Shown here in pieces: positions 13,076-25,722 of a stretch of DNA of 64,000 bases. This DNA is from Fimbriosthenelais zetlandica. Its lineage: Eukaryota. Numbering within the stretch: the stretch's first letter is position 1; the number at the start of each line of letters is the position of its first letter. The notes beneath the pieces were generated by a model. That model did no database searches. It was not told the DNA's origin and saw only the letters and a list, made by a program, of their open reading frames with translations. Both the position numbers and the translations under genes were made by a program. The stretch lies in NCBI GenBank assembly GCA_977030845.1, contig OZ365118.1:2914001-2978000 (forward strand), in the 5' to 3' direction.

Positions 13076-13767
13076 CTCCACGGTCCATACCTCAGCCAGT
13101 GATATCTAGCTTGAATGGGGAGCATTAATCAAGCCTTGGTGAATCTAGTACAGTTTGGATGCCATGTTGCGTTAAATGGGATGGAGCAGGGAGGCGGTAT
13201 AAATGAGTGTTTGGCGCGATGCTACATTGAACCCAGGACGCCTATTGTCTGCGGGACATGATAGTTTACAGGTATTTATTTCCACAAGCACGTGTTGCTG
13301 GGGCCTTCCTCTAAATGACACCTGATAGGGTATAGATTGTGGAGAAAGAGTCCCCAGGCTGCTTTATTGTAGACGAGTCTCTCCTCTATCTACTCCTCTC
13401 ATCTGCATCATTCTTACTTGATCCAAGACAAGAACTACTTGTGTATTACATCATATTATGTCTCACTATCATATATCATAACGGTCACTGGGTCTATGCT
13501 ACCTAAGGGAATCAACATCCAGCTTAAATGGTAGACCCCCTGAAGGTTTAAAATAATTTGAAAAGATGCAACTTAACTATATTGATCCTGGATTGTGTAA
13601 AAATTCCAGATTTATTTTAGAGCATACCTTAGGCTAGTAACTAGTAGAATTATATTGATCAGGATTTTGTGGAAATACCATTTTCTAACAATATAATTTT
13701 ATTATAATAATAAGATGACCATTATGCAAGGTTCCACTGTAGTTAGTTGAATATATTCCTATATATT

Positions 13768-13917
13768 CTCCCTGTTTTGCCTTTGATTTTGTCTATAGCT
13801 CCTTGTATTGCCTTTGACTATAGCCTCCCTTATTGCCTTTGCCTATAGCCTCCCTTATTGCCTTTGCCTATAGCCTCCTTGTATTGCCTTTGCCTATAGC
13901 CTCCCTGTTTTGGCTAT
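13768..13917. repeat. 25-bp tandem repeat (TATTGCCTTTGCCTATAGCCTCCCT), ~5-6 copies
   Basis: Four near-identical copies at 13806-13906 with degenerate flanking copies. Confidence 0.9.
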
Positions 13918-14924
13918 GATCGTGGCTGATACATGGAGTGTTGGGTCGGGGAGAGAGCTGTGGGTGGCCTTTAACCACCATGATAGGTCGCTCTCCCTAC
14001 GACAAATGTCTATGATCATTATCACCGCCTGGCTGTAGCCGGACTGCTTGTAGATGGGTGCCGCCCTGGGGTGACCCCGACCCCCTACACCCCCTCCCCC
14101 TCCCCCCTCCCAGTCTGGGCTTTCACAGTATAGATGTTCAATATCAATATTCTAGTCTGAGCCCAGACTCTGGTCCCTCTATTTACGCGTATAGCACATT
14201 TAATTCATACCATGTGTATGTTCCATCTCCAGAACTGTATTTAACAGAATTCTGAATATGAAAAAAATATACTGAGGAATGTAGATGCAGTTACATTGGT
14301 GAATATAGTAAGATAGAAGGTGTTGAATGACATCATCAGGAAGGAAATAGGGCTGGAATAAAAGCATCTCCGAGATGTGCTAGACTAGGAGGAGGCGCCC
14401 ATTTGTGGGTAGGGTGCATGGCCATTTGCCATATTATTGTAATCATGTTTATTTGATTGCTTTTCTTCTCATCCTCCTCCCCTCGTCTGGAGATGAAAGC
14501 CCGTGTCTGGGAGGAGGTAGTGGGATTTCCTCCTGTGAACAAACCACCTGCAGGAGTACTTGGTAATTTGAGACAATTTCTCTGGCTGTGGACCTCAGAT
14601 AATTACGTCTAGGAGACTCTTAATTCATGGAGCCCACCCAGGCCCCGCATTGATATAGCTACTTATATGGCATTACTATGTGTCCCTCCCCTAAACGCTT
14701 CTACTCCATATAATCATCGCCCATTGACGGGTCTGCCTCTGGCCGGCCTGCCTGCCTCTTCACTTAAGGAGATTCCATCACCTTTGCATGCCTGCCTCGT
14801 ACGCCTTTAGTCCATGCCCTCAGTGAAGCAAGGAGCAAGAGCTCCAGAGACCGAGGGCTTCCCTTACAAAGGCTCTCATCAGGCAATAGGAAAAGGAAAA
14901 GGTGGCCCGCCAGACCCCCGATCC

Positions 14925-15010
14925 CCATCCTCTTCCTCTCCCCCATCCCCATCCCCTTCCTCTCCCCATCCCCTTCCTCCTCCCCCACTCCCTTCCTCCA
15001 CCCCCTTCCT
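14925..15010. repeat. C-rich low-complexity tract
   Basis: Runs of CCCCAT/CCCCTT/CCTCC. These produce the spurious Pro-rich and Gly-rich ORFs in the track. Confidence 0.8.
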
Positions 15011-16730
15011 GACAGGCATCCAGGGGGTATCTCAGACCACAGGGGCCTCCTACACTTCCACTCTGCTCTATATTTCCTAATTTTTGATGGAAAAATCAGG
15101 ATATTCCCGCCCCCTATACAGTCTCCCCATGCCATACCCTGTCCCCTACAGAGCTGCCCATTTGAAGATCCACATTTAAAGGTCCTCCAACCCCGCCCCC
15201 CCACCACCCACTCCCTACACTTCCAAGCATGTCTCAGACCTTAGATGCTGATGAATCAATTTCTTGCTGGCTTCCTACAAGCCTTGACTGAGGATTTACC
15301 TACACTGACTTCACTCCATCTTGAGGATGCTGTCTTTTAGCTGGGGCCTTTGAAGCACTTAGCACCTTGTATGAGCCCACTTGAAATGGCACTGCCCCTG
15401 AAGAGGAAATATCTAGCAGCACTTTGAAGTGTGCCTTTGCATAGAGAGTGTCTTTTAGATCTGGACCTGTTGACATTTCATTTTTACTGACTTAAGTTTT
15501 CCAGGTTAAACTGCATCGCCTCAATCTTTAATATATTTTTTCCATGTTCAGATATTGAAACAGAATGAAAAATCTTAGATTCGGAATAAAATATTAATTG
15601 CGCTTAAAATATTATTTGGGCGTATTCTGATTGATCTGGGATATTGAATATTTTCAATAGGCTTTTATGAAATGAAATATTGTTGCTTTTAGTGCTCTTC
15701 TCTCCCAAGAATTTCTATTTAGAATGGAGTTGTTTTTATTGAACACTAAAAAGTGGTGTTCGTCCAGTAGAGAGCTTACTGCTTAATAACATTACAGTAG
15801 AATAGTGCCATGTCCATTTCCATTCAGCCATTTTCGGCAGACCAAACCAGCCAATCTCATGGTCTAGCGGTCTCAATAATGTAGACCGGTGCACTGCATG
15901 TTAAACTACCATTATTTCTGGACAGCCCAAATAAGCAATATATCTGCTGTCCAATTTTTACAACTCTTGTCTTCATCTGTATAGTGCACTTCATTTTACA
16001 GAATGCTATCTGTGGGTACACATGTAGCCATTGTAGGGACATATCCTTTCTGTTTACATGTATACAAATACACTGGATACTTTCCCCCAAAATGATATAT
16101 TTTATGTTCGGATGTGGAGAATTTTGTCCTAGAATACACTTGTATAATTGAAAGATCTGGTATCACCTATTATTTTGACTAGATATAAATAGGTTTAATC
16201 AGATTCACTTAATATTTTGACTAGTTATGAATAAGTTTAATCAAATTAAGATAATTAAAGGCATTGATATGTATATTAAATTTAGAAGACAATAAAAGAT
16301 TTAGACCCTTAGCCCCAGTATAGGTCGATTTATTTCTCTTTTGATCAGTTGGTAAGTTGTAGTAGGCTATATAAATATAAGAGTAGTATATGGAAAAGGT
16401 ACCTCTCCCCAGGGCTCTGTGTTTGTATAGAAGCCTGGTTTAGAACCTGTTTGCCACTTTGTGTTGGCCACTTTAACAGTGAGTGATGATATATGCAGTA
16501 GTGTATAAAAATGGCTCCTTCCCTCCAGGCATCTGGTGTATTTGATTGGTTATAAACGTCTGTCACTGACAAAAAAATGGCCCCTGCGTCTTGTTGCGCA
16601 GACGCGAGCAGTATAAGCAAAGATGGATTTGTCTCAGGCTAACCCATCGATCAGCTGAAACATAGGATTATCAAAGGGTGTACGCTGAATTGATAGATTG
16701 ATCCAAGCAAGTGGCAAGGGGCGCTTAGAG

Positions 16731-16871
16731 AATGACCCTGGAGGAATGATATGACCTTGACCTCAATCCTCCTGGTCCTTGATTGTATGGGACGCTGGAG
16801 GAGAAAGATCACATGTGATTCTCAGATCACGTGATGCACGGGAGGAGTGGGGAGAGGTCACAGTGCGCATG
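16731..16871. promoter_or_regulatory. Dense TF-motif cluster (nuclear-receptor half-sites, twin E-boxes)
   Basis: TGACCTTGACCT at 16752, ATCACATGTGAT at 16808, ATCACGTGAT at 16826, AGGTCA at 16855 and TGCGCATG at 16864. Motif evidence only. Confidence 0.3.
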
Positions 16872-19221
16872 TCACTGGGGCGCTCGGGGATGATCTGGTC
16901 TTTCCTCCACGGTCCCCAAATCTCCAGCGACCTTTGATCTGGATTCTATCCATCCTCCAAACAGACTTACATATGCCAGGAGGAAGACACATCGGATTGT
17001 TGGGGGATATGTGAGGCAGATAAGGAAAAGATATGGGAAAAGCAAGATGGAGATAAAGAAAAGTCAAGCTGAAATCTCATTAATAATCCCCTACTGATTC
17101 TCAATGTCTTGTCAGATGAGGCCTTCAGAGACCTACTTGCCTTTAAAGTTCCCTATTAAAAAGGCATCAGAGGGTGTTAATCCATCCCAGTGCATCTGCT
17201 GCTCGGGTGGCTTTCCTAAAGATGCTCTAGTCTCGGCTTATCTGGTGTAAACCACAGACCAACAAGCAGTTCTCTCCTCCCATTCTTCTTCCACCATTTG
17301 TCAATAAATGGGTTCCGCTTCATACTTTCAAACTTCATGATCTGTGTTCATCAATATTATGGATGTTTATTTTCCTTTATGAGAAAACTGGGCCGAATCA
17401 ATAGATGGGGAAGTGGAGTTGTCTCTCTAATGAAACCATTGGTACTGATGTTAAGTCCACTCATGTAGAATCCTGATTTTAGATTATTTTGTCTAACACT
17501 TTGTGTTGAGTAAGCAGGATTACTACACTCTGGTATAAAATCAGTAATTCCATTGTAAGGCCGTATGACATGGTGTGTTCGGACTGGGATGACCTGCTCT
17601 TAGTCGCCGGATCCAGCTCCCAGATGACCCTTGTACCACGGCAGATTCACTGCCATGTAATTTCCCAGAGGTCCCGTGCATGCATCGACTGGGTTTGTTT
17701 GGATGTCTTAATGGCTCGTTCTGCATTCCCTAACAGGCCTTTACGTGTGAACTCTTACATGGTGTAGGCCATGACCTGCTGGTCTGGACACAGACCAGTA
17801 AGGCTTACTGAGATGAGCATGAATCCAGGCCTGCCAGTGTCTTGTATAGGGCTCTAATTATAAAGCTCTTCATGACCCTTAACCAGGGCTGACCTTCCCC
17901 AAACAGCCAACAATCTGCCGCCATTGATCTTAATTTGCTCGCCTATTTGGGAGTCCTTCCTATTAGCGACCTCCTAACAAGGACATTCAATATAGAGGAG
18001 CATACTGAGCCTCCTGGGTGACCATTCCCAGGGCTAACCACCTCCCCAATATACTCTCAAACGTGACTCTTTTCTCTTCAAAATATGTTTTTGTCAGGAT
18101 TAATCCAGTGACAGGCTATTGTCAGTTTTAGAAATTTATGGAAAATATATTTGTGTGAGATACCAAATGATATATATGTATGGTGGAAGAGTTGAAAACA
18201 GTTGGAAAAAAAGCCATGAAATTCCCATGAAATGCAGTGCTTAGATAAGGGTATATAATAGTGTTGGCCGTGGCCATCTTCTGGTATAAAAATGTGAGCT
18301 GAAAGCCTTTAATTAATGGACTGCCTTCAAGTATAATTGGCCCCGTGCAGCATAAGCGCTGTCTATGTTCTTTTACCGACATGGCTTGTCATCTATCACA
18401 GAGCGAAGGTAAAAAAACAAGTCTTCTTGTTTCCTATGATAAGACCCACATTGTGAGGGACACTGCGGCCTTAGCTCTGTATTAGCGGATTCAACCTTAT
18501 ATTGGATCTTCCCCATTCTCAGCATCCTATATCAATTTAATTACCAGGGTTTTACTATTTTTATCTCGGGTTTTAATAATATTGCATGTCTCCTAAGATG
18601 GATGTGTCCTAAGCTGATAACTGATCGTTCATCATTCTTTTTCCCTGTCAGTTATTTTTAACCCGCCTTGCATTCCTCGGTGTATATGGTACGCTGCTTA
18701 TTTTTACATACATGGCCTTGAGCTTCTAATGAAATTTCACTCTATCTTGTCCTCCAACTAAGTGAAGAGAAACCTATTTTATTTTTTAATCGGAATATAA
18801 TGTAAGCCTTATATTACTGCTGAACTTCTCTTCTGTTGTTAGGTTTGGTCACATGATATTTACTGAATTTGTGTTAAATGTATATTATGTTAATCTTGGT
18901 CGAGCCATATTTAGTTTGCAAAATTAATGTATTCTAAAGCTTGTTCCAGGTTGGCAATTTAGGCTTGTATTAAGACAGTTTCTCAGAATTAATCTTTCTA
19001 TTCAAGGCAGAAGGCCTCGGCAAGGGTCACGGAAAGAATAAATTTGATGAAACATATGAGAAAAGCCAGTGACATGGTAAAAGGTCAGGAACATGGAGGG
19101 TGGCTTCCTTGTCTTTGGTGATTCCAGGGGAACTAGAGACCATGTAATCAGGGCCCATACTTCTACCCTACCTGTATTTACACTGACATTTCACGACTCC
19201 CCTGACTACAGTACTGGCTTG

Positions 19222-19494
19222 ATTGCCATGGTAACACACCGCGAATCGCTGTATATCATGTCGTAGTGTCGCCTCGTCGCCACTACCATGTCATTCTAAA
19301 TCGCCACACAGATCAGTGCTAGTGTCCACCTCCTGTCTCTAAGCAACGGTTACCATGGTTTTATAGGCTATTACCTTTTATTCTCCAGCTTAGAATTAGT
19401 TGACAGGTCTGACTTATGACACTGTCAGCATGGGAATAGTCATGTCTATTTGTGTATCTATAACCATGGAAAATAGTCAGGTTTCCATGGAAAA
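19222..19494. promoter_or_regulatory. Cluster of RFX X-box-like motifs
   Basis: ATTGCCATGGTAAC (19222), GTTACCATGG (19349), ATAACCATGGAAAA (19460) and GTTTCCATGGAAAA (19481), around a CpG-rich patch. Confidence 0.35.
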
Positions 19495-21007
19495 TAAGCA
19501 TGAAAGTAGTCATAAACTAAACATGATAGTCATGTCTCCCTGAAATTATGAAACTTTCACCAGATTTTCTATCGACCCTGGGTTCTGATCATTAAGTGCA
19601 CCCAGGATTTTAATTAAGAGCTCTTCACTACATTGTCATCGAGCAATGCAGTTTCCATGTTCATTTCTCAGCAAAAAAACTCCTGCAGGTCCTGTTGATC
19701 GGTGATGATCCCCCCTTGTCTCTTTGTCTGGCCATTTGGCGCGTGTAATCACGGAATAAAACCAGTTGAAATAGGTCTCTCTGATCTAGACACTGTCTCT
19801 GTCACGACATTGTCGTCTTTTATAATCCAAGAGAAAAAACAACAGCAGTACCAGCTATTAGATTCTGGTCTCCAGTTCGCCGGAAGCGATTACTACGGGC
19901 CATGGTGTGATGGGAGACTAGCTGGCCCTAGATTATCGGGTTTCAATGTCAAGACAGGTCCATGGGCTGGTGAAGGGAATGATCCCATTTCAATTGACTT
20001 TTTTAACGATCCAGTAATGGGGGTTTGCCTGGAGATGTGTTCCTCTATTCCAGTCTCAATCAAATACAACTTACAAGATTTAAATAAAACTTTAAAGACT
20101 TGAGATTCACTTGGTTTTATCCATGATGAGTGGATGTTTTGGGGGGATGGATGGTTTAATATCATTGCCAGGAGAGGAGCAATGGAAGAGGGGATGTAAG
20201 AAGGTCCATTAGAGACCAACAAGCACAGCCTTTTCAAGACACTACCTTCAAAGACTTTGCTTCATTAATTTATGATCCATTTGGCTCGTCTGTTAGGCCC
20301 TAATCACACGTCTCTTGATTAATGTACTTTTTACAAATAATGTTTAAGATCAAGCTGCCCCGCTTAGCTGGTTGTTGATGATCCTTTAAGCATTAATCTT
20401 ACATAAAAAGAGATGGGAATCAAAGATGGCGTGATAGCACCCCTGTGTACAACTCTGTGATATTAGTTTGATACCGTGCCTTCAATTAAAGGGTTTGATG
20501 TGGATTTTGATCAATTGGTCCCTGGATAATATTAGGTGTAATTAAGCTGATATGAACAAAATTCTTTGCCCTTCAGTTCTACTTTTTGCTGAGTATTCAT
20601 CCCAGATTTTTGAGTGATTTTAAATTTAAACGTGACCAATTGCTGTACAGGTTTATTAGTATCAATATTAAAACTTTGAGAACAAATGAAGAAATTTTCT
20701 GCCCAACTTCAACTTTGGTCAGTGACTTTTATGTGAAGGTCACAGAGTGCAGCTTGTTAAAATACAAATGAAACCCAGGGTTTTGATGATCATCCAATCT
20801 AGCTGAAATAATGTATGAACATGACATTATTTCATGGCCATTTCATGTCCTGGGGCTTTTCCCTCACAGTCCGTGCAGGTTTTCTCATTACAAATCCCTG
20901 CTCTTTTTACTAAGCGTATTCAAATCACTTCCTCAACTGGCAAACATCAAGATGCCATTGACTGCACGAGAAAGATTTTGCTAAGATTTCTTGTTTAATT
21001 TTTTCAG

Positions 21008-21089
21008 GTTTATTGCGCTGGCTCACGGATGATTCTCATTGGCAGCTCGTCGTCTTGTGAAGGTTCAGCTTTGACAGTGTGAAGTAATG
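21008..21089 (+). other. Spliced 82-nt exon, non-coding except a possible terminal ATG start codon
   Basis: Acceptor tttcttgtttaattttttcag| and donor gtaATG|gtgagt. Stops occur in all three frames before the final ATG. Confidence 0.5.
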
Positions 21090-21839
21090 GTGAGTTATGA
21101 CACACCCTGCATTTTTACCCTCCCTCTCTACTGTCTTTACATCAGTTCTTTATGGAGCACGAGTACCATTAAGCACGCAACTCAACTCTTCCTCCAATGT
21201 TTATAGTCAACTCCCTCTTTTAGCTGAGATAATGTTGTGCATTTTTATGCTTTAAATGCATTTAGTGCAATAAGCTGGCCTTAGGAGTTTCAAGTGGTGA
21301 ATTTATATTTATATACTCTATACTTACTTTTAGGTTGATGTGCAAATGTAAGTAAATGTTAATGTTTATCTTGTTTAATGTTTTAAAAACCACTTTTAGG
21401 ACCACTTTTCGTCATGCATTCACAATCTATTCTTGCATATATACTGAATTTATACTGAACATTTATACTGTAATTTAGCGTTTGAAATGAAACGTTGAAA
21501 CTACTAAGACCATTAATCATTTGCTTGTGTGCTGCATGTTGTACCTTTTATTTCCTTTCCTGTTATTGTGCCTGTGTATTTTATGTATTGTGCCTGTATG
21601 TATTGTGTCTGTGTATTGTGTATTGTGTCTAGCTTCTATGTCACTTTATAACTGTGAGATTAACAAGATAAATCTAGCTGATCCTGACTTAGTCACTAAC
21701 TTAGGTAAGTCCTCAGTATACTCTTGTGTTATGTGACTTATTTTTCCTTTACTGTTTACATTTCCATTTGGTTTGGTTTGGCCATTTAAAGCCATTTTTT
21801 GTGTATGTATCTTCATATTTGAAATCATAATTTCATAAG

Positions 21840-22118
21840 GTCTAATCTGAATAATAGCATATGAAATGTATGCATAGTTTAATATGAATCCACAATGGTT
21901 TTATGAAAGGTTTATCGTTAGAAAAAGTTTCTTATGTATCCAGCAACAATTTTACTAAGCGAACATTTCCATTTAAAAGTTGAAGGTGGGTCAGTATATT
22001 TGACTGATCTGAATAATATATGGATTGTATGCATAGGTTTACATCCACAACGGTTTTATGCAATGTTTATTGTTAAAAGTTTCTCTGGTATGCATCAAAT
22101 AACAATTTTACTAAGGGA
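21840..22118. repeat. Diverged local duplication (~115-bp copies, ~155-bp period)
   Basis: Both copies share atctgaataata...gtatgcatag...atccacaa(t/c)ggttttatg...aacaattttactaag. Confidence 0.8.
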
Positions 22119-23340
22119 GAGCTAAAGGTAGAGGGAGGAGGGGGGAGAGATCGGGGGAGGGGGCATGATGAAGGATAGGACACACATTGGTCAACCTGTC
22201 ACATGTACAAATACAGGCAATTAGAGCCCCAGCCACCGCTGGTGGCGCTGGTGTGGCCCGCCTAGAGAAGGTCGGTGATTTATAGGGCCTTCTCTTGTTT
22301 CTAATCATCCCAATGTCTCCTCACAGCTGAATGACCAGTACTGGGGTCACAACCGGTCATTGACGGCCAGATATTCATAATTCATTCCTAGATCTGTCTC
22401 TCCACACTCCTCATCAGCGTTTGTCTTTGTCTTATGGAATGCTAGGGACATGACTTATCAGTATAGTTTAGTTTTCCTGAACACAGAAAACCTCAGAAAT
22501 TGACCCCCCCCCCCTCCCCCGAAAATCCATATATGCATTTAGCCATGTCTATCCTAATGCCAATGGCTTATGCTTCCATAATTGTTATGGTTTCAGTCGA
22601 ATGGGAGACTAATTTGATTTCAAAACCCCAAACTTTGTTAAAGACTTTGCCACTGCAACTCAGCACTGTGAACAATGTAGTCCTACAAGCCTACTCCTAC
22701 TTACCCAGCCCATATACTGTTAGAAACATAACAAAATGAAGGATGAGAAAAAATGTCTGAAATGTTGATAATCACCACAAGTTTCTCTTGGTCTGTTTAT
22801 TCCCCCTCCTCCACAAACATACCCACAAGATAAAGCCGAGACGCCCCACTCAGCCCTACCTTGGCGTGATCTCACCCCATGAAATCAAGTCAATCCGAAA
22901 TTCCCATTTGTAAACAGCAGATAGAGACGGACCCGTCCCCTAGGGGGAGCCACTGTTGCTCCAAGGTCGTGTGATAATCCCTCCATGGGTTTTTTTGGTA
23001 CTTTTTACTTCTCCTGATAAAATGGCTCTGGTGTGGGTAGATTGGGGTAGGAGAAGAGGTGGGGGGGGGGAGGTGGAGAGGGGTCAGTGAGAGGGGGTAT
23101 ATGATGACACCCACTGCCCCCATCCTCCTGTTTGTCTAGGTGGATACACTGAGGTATCGTTTACCCCCAGGCCTGGTAGCATCACCTGATAGAAACCACA
23201 ACTCTGTCAACCTTATCATAAAGTTACAAACGTGGGGGCTGCACAAATACATGTGGAGTAACTTAAAATGTCTTGGGGGTTTTTCCTAGTTCTGACTGAC
23301 ATTACGTACCGATTATCATAGCCTATAGGGTTGAAAAAGT

Positions 23341-23612
23341 AAAATATTACATTGATATTTATAGGATACTGCCAAGATAAGCTACTCTTTCAATGTGAGA
23401 GATATGATTGACAAACTTAGATAATTTGCCTAAAAATTAATATATAGATCTTCTTTTTTAACACTTTTTTATTTCTACATCTCTCCCTGAATAATAATAA
23501 TATACAACAGAAAATATTAACATTGACATTCATAGGATACTACCAAGATAAGCTATTGTACTTCTATTTGATTTTTACACTTTTCTATTTCGACATCTCA
23601 CCCTGAATAATA
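23341..23612. repeat. Local tandem duplication; the second copy has an internal deletion
   Basis: aaaatatt(a)acattga..ataggatact(g/a)ccaagataagcta and acactttt..attt..acatctc(t/a)ccctgaataat each occur twice. Confidence 0.85.
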
Positions 23613-23689
23613 TTAGATAACCCCACAAAATAACCTATCTGGTTGCTTCATTTTCTCAGAGGCTCCAGTTATGTTTTCCCATTAGAGAT

Positions 23690-23995
23690 TTTACAGACTG
23701 AGACTGAGCCTGCGAGAACTCATCCAAATGCTCATCACCAGAAAGATGCGGATACAATAATAAGACGAGGCCTTGTCCAGCTCTCACCCGCCCAGACAAT
23801 TAATGACTCTAGTATCTGGTCTGCATCCCGCCTGTCCAGCCCTGCCCCCACAAGATGCCCTTCACGAAGACACTGTGACACTGGCTATAGAAGTTGAAGT
23901 GAAAGCTGCCCTAGAACGAGCCCCTCTCGCATCTCGAGAGCGATTCTTTCCGTGCTTCCACTGATATTCTCCGTATACTTTGCAATCTGAGAGAG
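23690..23995 (+). mobile_element. Possible decayed Ty3/Gypsy gag fragment
   Basis: A stop-interrupted frame RFYRLRLSLRELIQ..LMTLVSGLHP..DALHEDTVTLAIEVE..PCFH*YSPYTLQSER resembles gag motifs (GL.P, T.E.AV.LA.E.E) followed by a decayed CX2CX4HX4C spacing. Recognised by eye only. Confidence 0.25.
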
Positions 23996-25099
23996 AGAGA
24001 GGAGGAAGACCTACCTCTGCCTGGAATGTCTTGGTAGCGTGCAGGCTGAGAGGGGAGGAGTAGGAAAGAGCAGACTGCGAGTGATTTTATTACTATAGGA
24101 ATGACACTCGTATGTTGCATATTCTATCATATAGTTATTGACGGGAGGGTCCAGGACTTGTAATGGGTACAAATAATGTCCTCTGCCCCCTGCCTTGCTT
24201 AGAACAGCCTACTTTATAAGATGTGTAACTTTGTGTACGGTAGGATTATATATAAGAGCTGGGGTATTTCAAGGCAATTGCTCAATATACAAGATGAATA
24301 CATACAGCTTCCCAATTAACTGAAGCAATTTCAGATGAGCAGATAGGAGCTTATCTACTGCGGCTGAGAATAAGTTAGACAATGTATAACTCATCTTCAC
24401 TCATTAATTTACCCAAGTCCTCATTGTAACAGTTAGCTCACTGTTATAATCATAGGTCTGAGAAAATTTTCATAATTTTACTCATTGATAATTATGTTGG
24501 ATGGTATATCCATGAACATATTTGGTTTAAAGAAGAAAAAGAAAACTAGATTCATAATTCAGTGAATAACAATAGTTTATGAAACAGGGTTGGAATGTAG
24601 ATTGTATCTATATTGGTAGTTACACTTCCAAGATATTCCCTTTATTTATAAATAACATTGTGTGGATATTAGTAATTTGGTAATCTATACTTTACCCTGT
24701 GTCTTCACCCTGCTCTCTGGCACACACACCACCAAAGCTACATTAAATTACTCCAGCTTATTGGAACTTGCTATGTCCCCCTATTGTCCCGCACCAGGCT
24801 AAATTACCCATTCCATAACCCACAGCCTTGTCTTGGCTTGAGATAACATCATTTCCATGAAATGCTCTTTCTCTTCTGCCATGATCATCCTTTACCATAC
24901 ATCTTATCCCTGCCCGCCCGCTGCCCCCAGCCCCCCCCCCCCGCCCCCGCCCCCGCCGTATGGCAAGACACAACGTAGGAATACACACATGGGCCTGACA
25001 AAGCAATTCCTGTCTTATTGATCCTCGTGCTTAATTTTGTTCATCTTGCTGACTAGTGAACGGGAGCGCGCATTGGGCGAGGAGTTTTCCATTGTAGCC

Positions 25100-25300
25100 C
25101 TGGCCCTGAGTGATGGGATTTGCCTCTGCCATCCAATACAGTTGCCCGCGTTTGTTCAGTCAACCAAAATGATTGGACGCAGCGTTGGCGTCCATTGTTT
25201 ACTTTCTAATCTAATCTAGACATATGTACATGACCATCAACATTACCGGAAGGTCTGGGCGATCTGAGGCTGCAGCACCAGCAACAGCCGCAACCTTGCC
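25100..25300 (+). mobile_element. Possible decayed Ty3/Gypsy integrase C-terminal fragment
   Basis: VARVCSVNQNDW at 25141-25176, an upstream SDG and a downstream YVHDHQHYRKVW. These resemble the post-DDE region of Gypsy integrases but are frameshifted. Confidence 0.3.
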
Positions 25301-25722
25301 CACTGTTGCCCCCGCATCAGATGCGATCCGCGACCTGGGCAATGCATGGTTTGACAGATTTGTTGTATCCTTGCTTTTGCCTGTCTGATCCCATGTCTCA
25401 TGCCTGGATTTCATCTATCTGTGTCCCAGCTTGTGGTCACTTTGCTAAAGTATTACTGCCCACACCTATATATTATACACCCACGTTCTCAAAAGTACAA
25501 ATAAGTAGATAACAAAAGTACTTAATAAATGTGCAGCCTCAGAAACAATAGTCCTGAGATAGCTGGGAAAATGCTTACTAGCAATAAATAGAATAGAAAT
25601 AAAAAATAAAATAGAATAAAAATAAATATCAAATATAGGGACATTGGGAAATAGCTTCATTTTTTTTTAGTTCTCATAGAAAATAGGAAATTGTTGTACT
25701 TGTAGAGAAATTGATTTAGCAT

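Noticed and set aside
12667-15207. Pro-rich and Gly-rich ORFs (12667-13128, 12731-13102, 14764-15207 and similar)
   Set aside because: They are stop-free by-products of C-rich low-complexity DNA in several frames at once.
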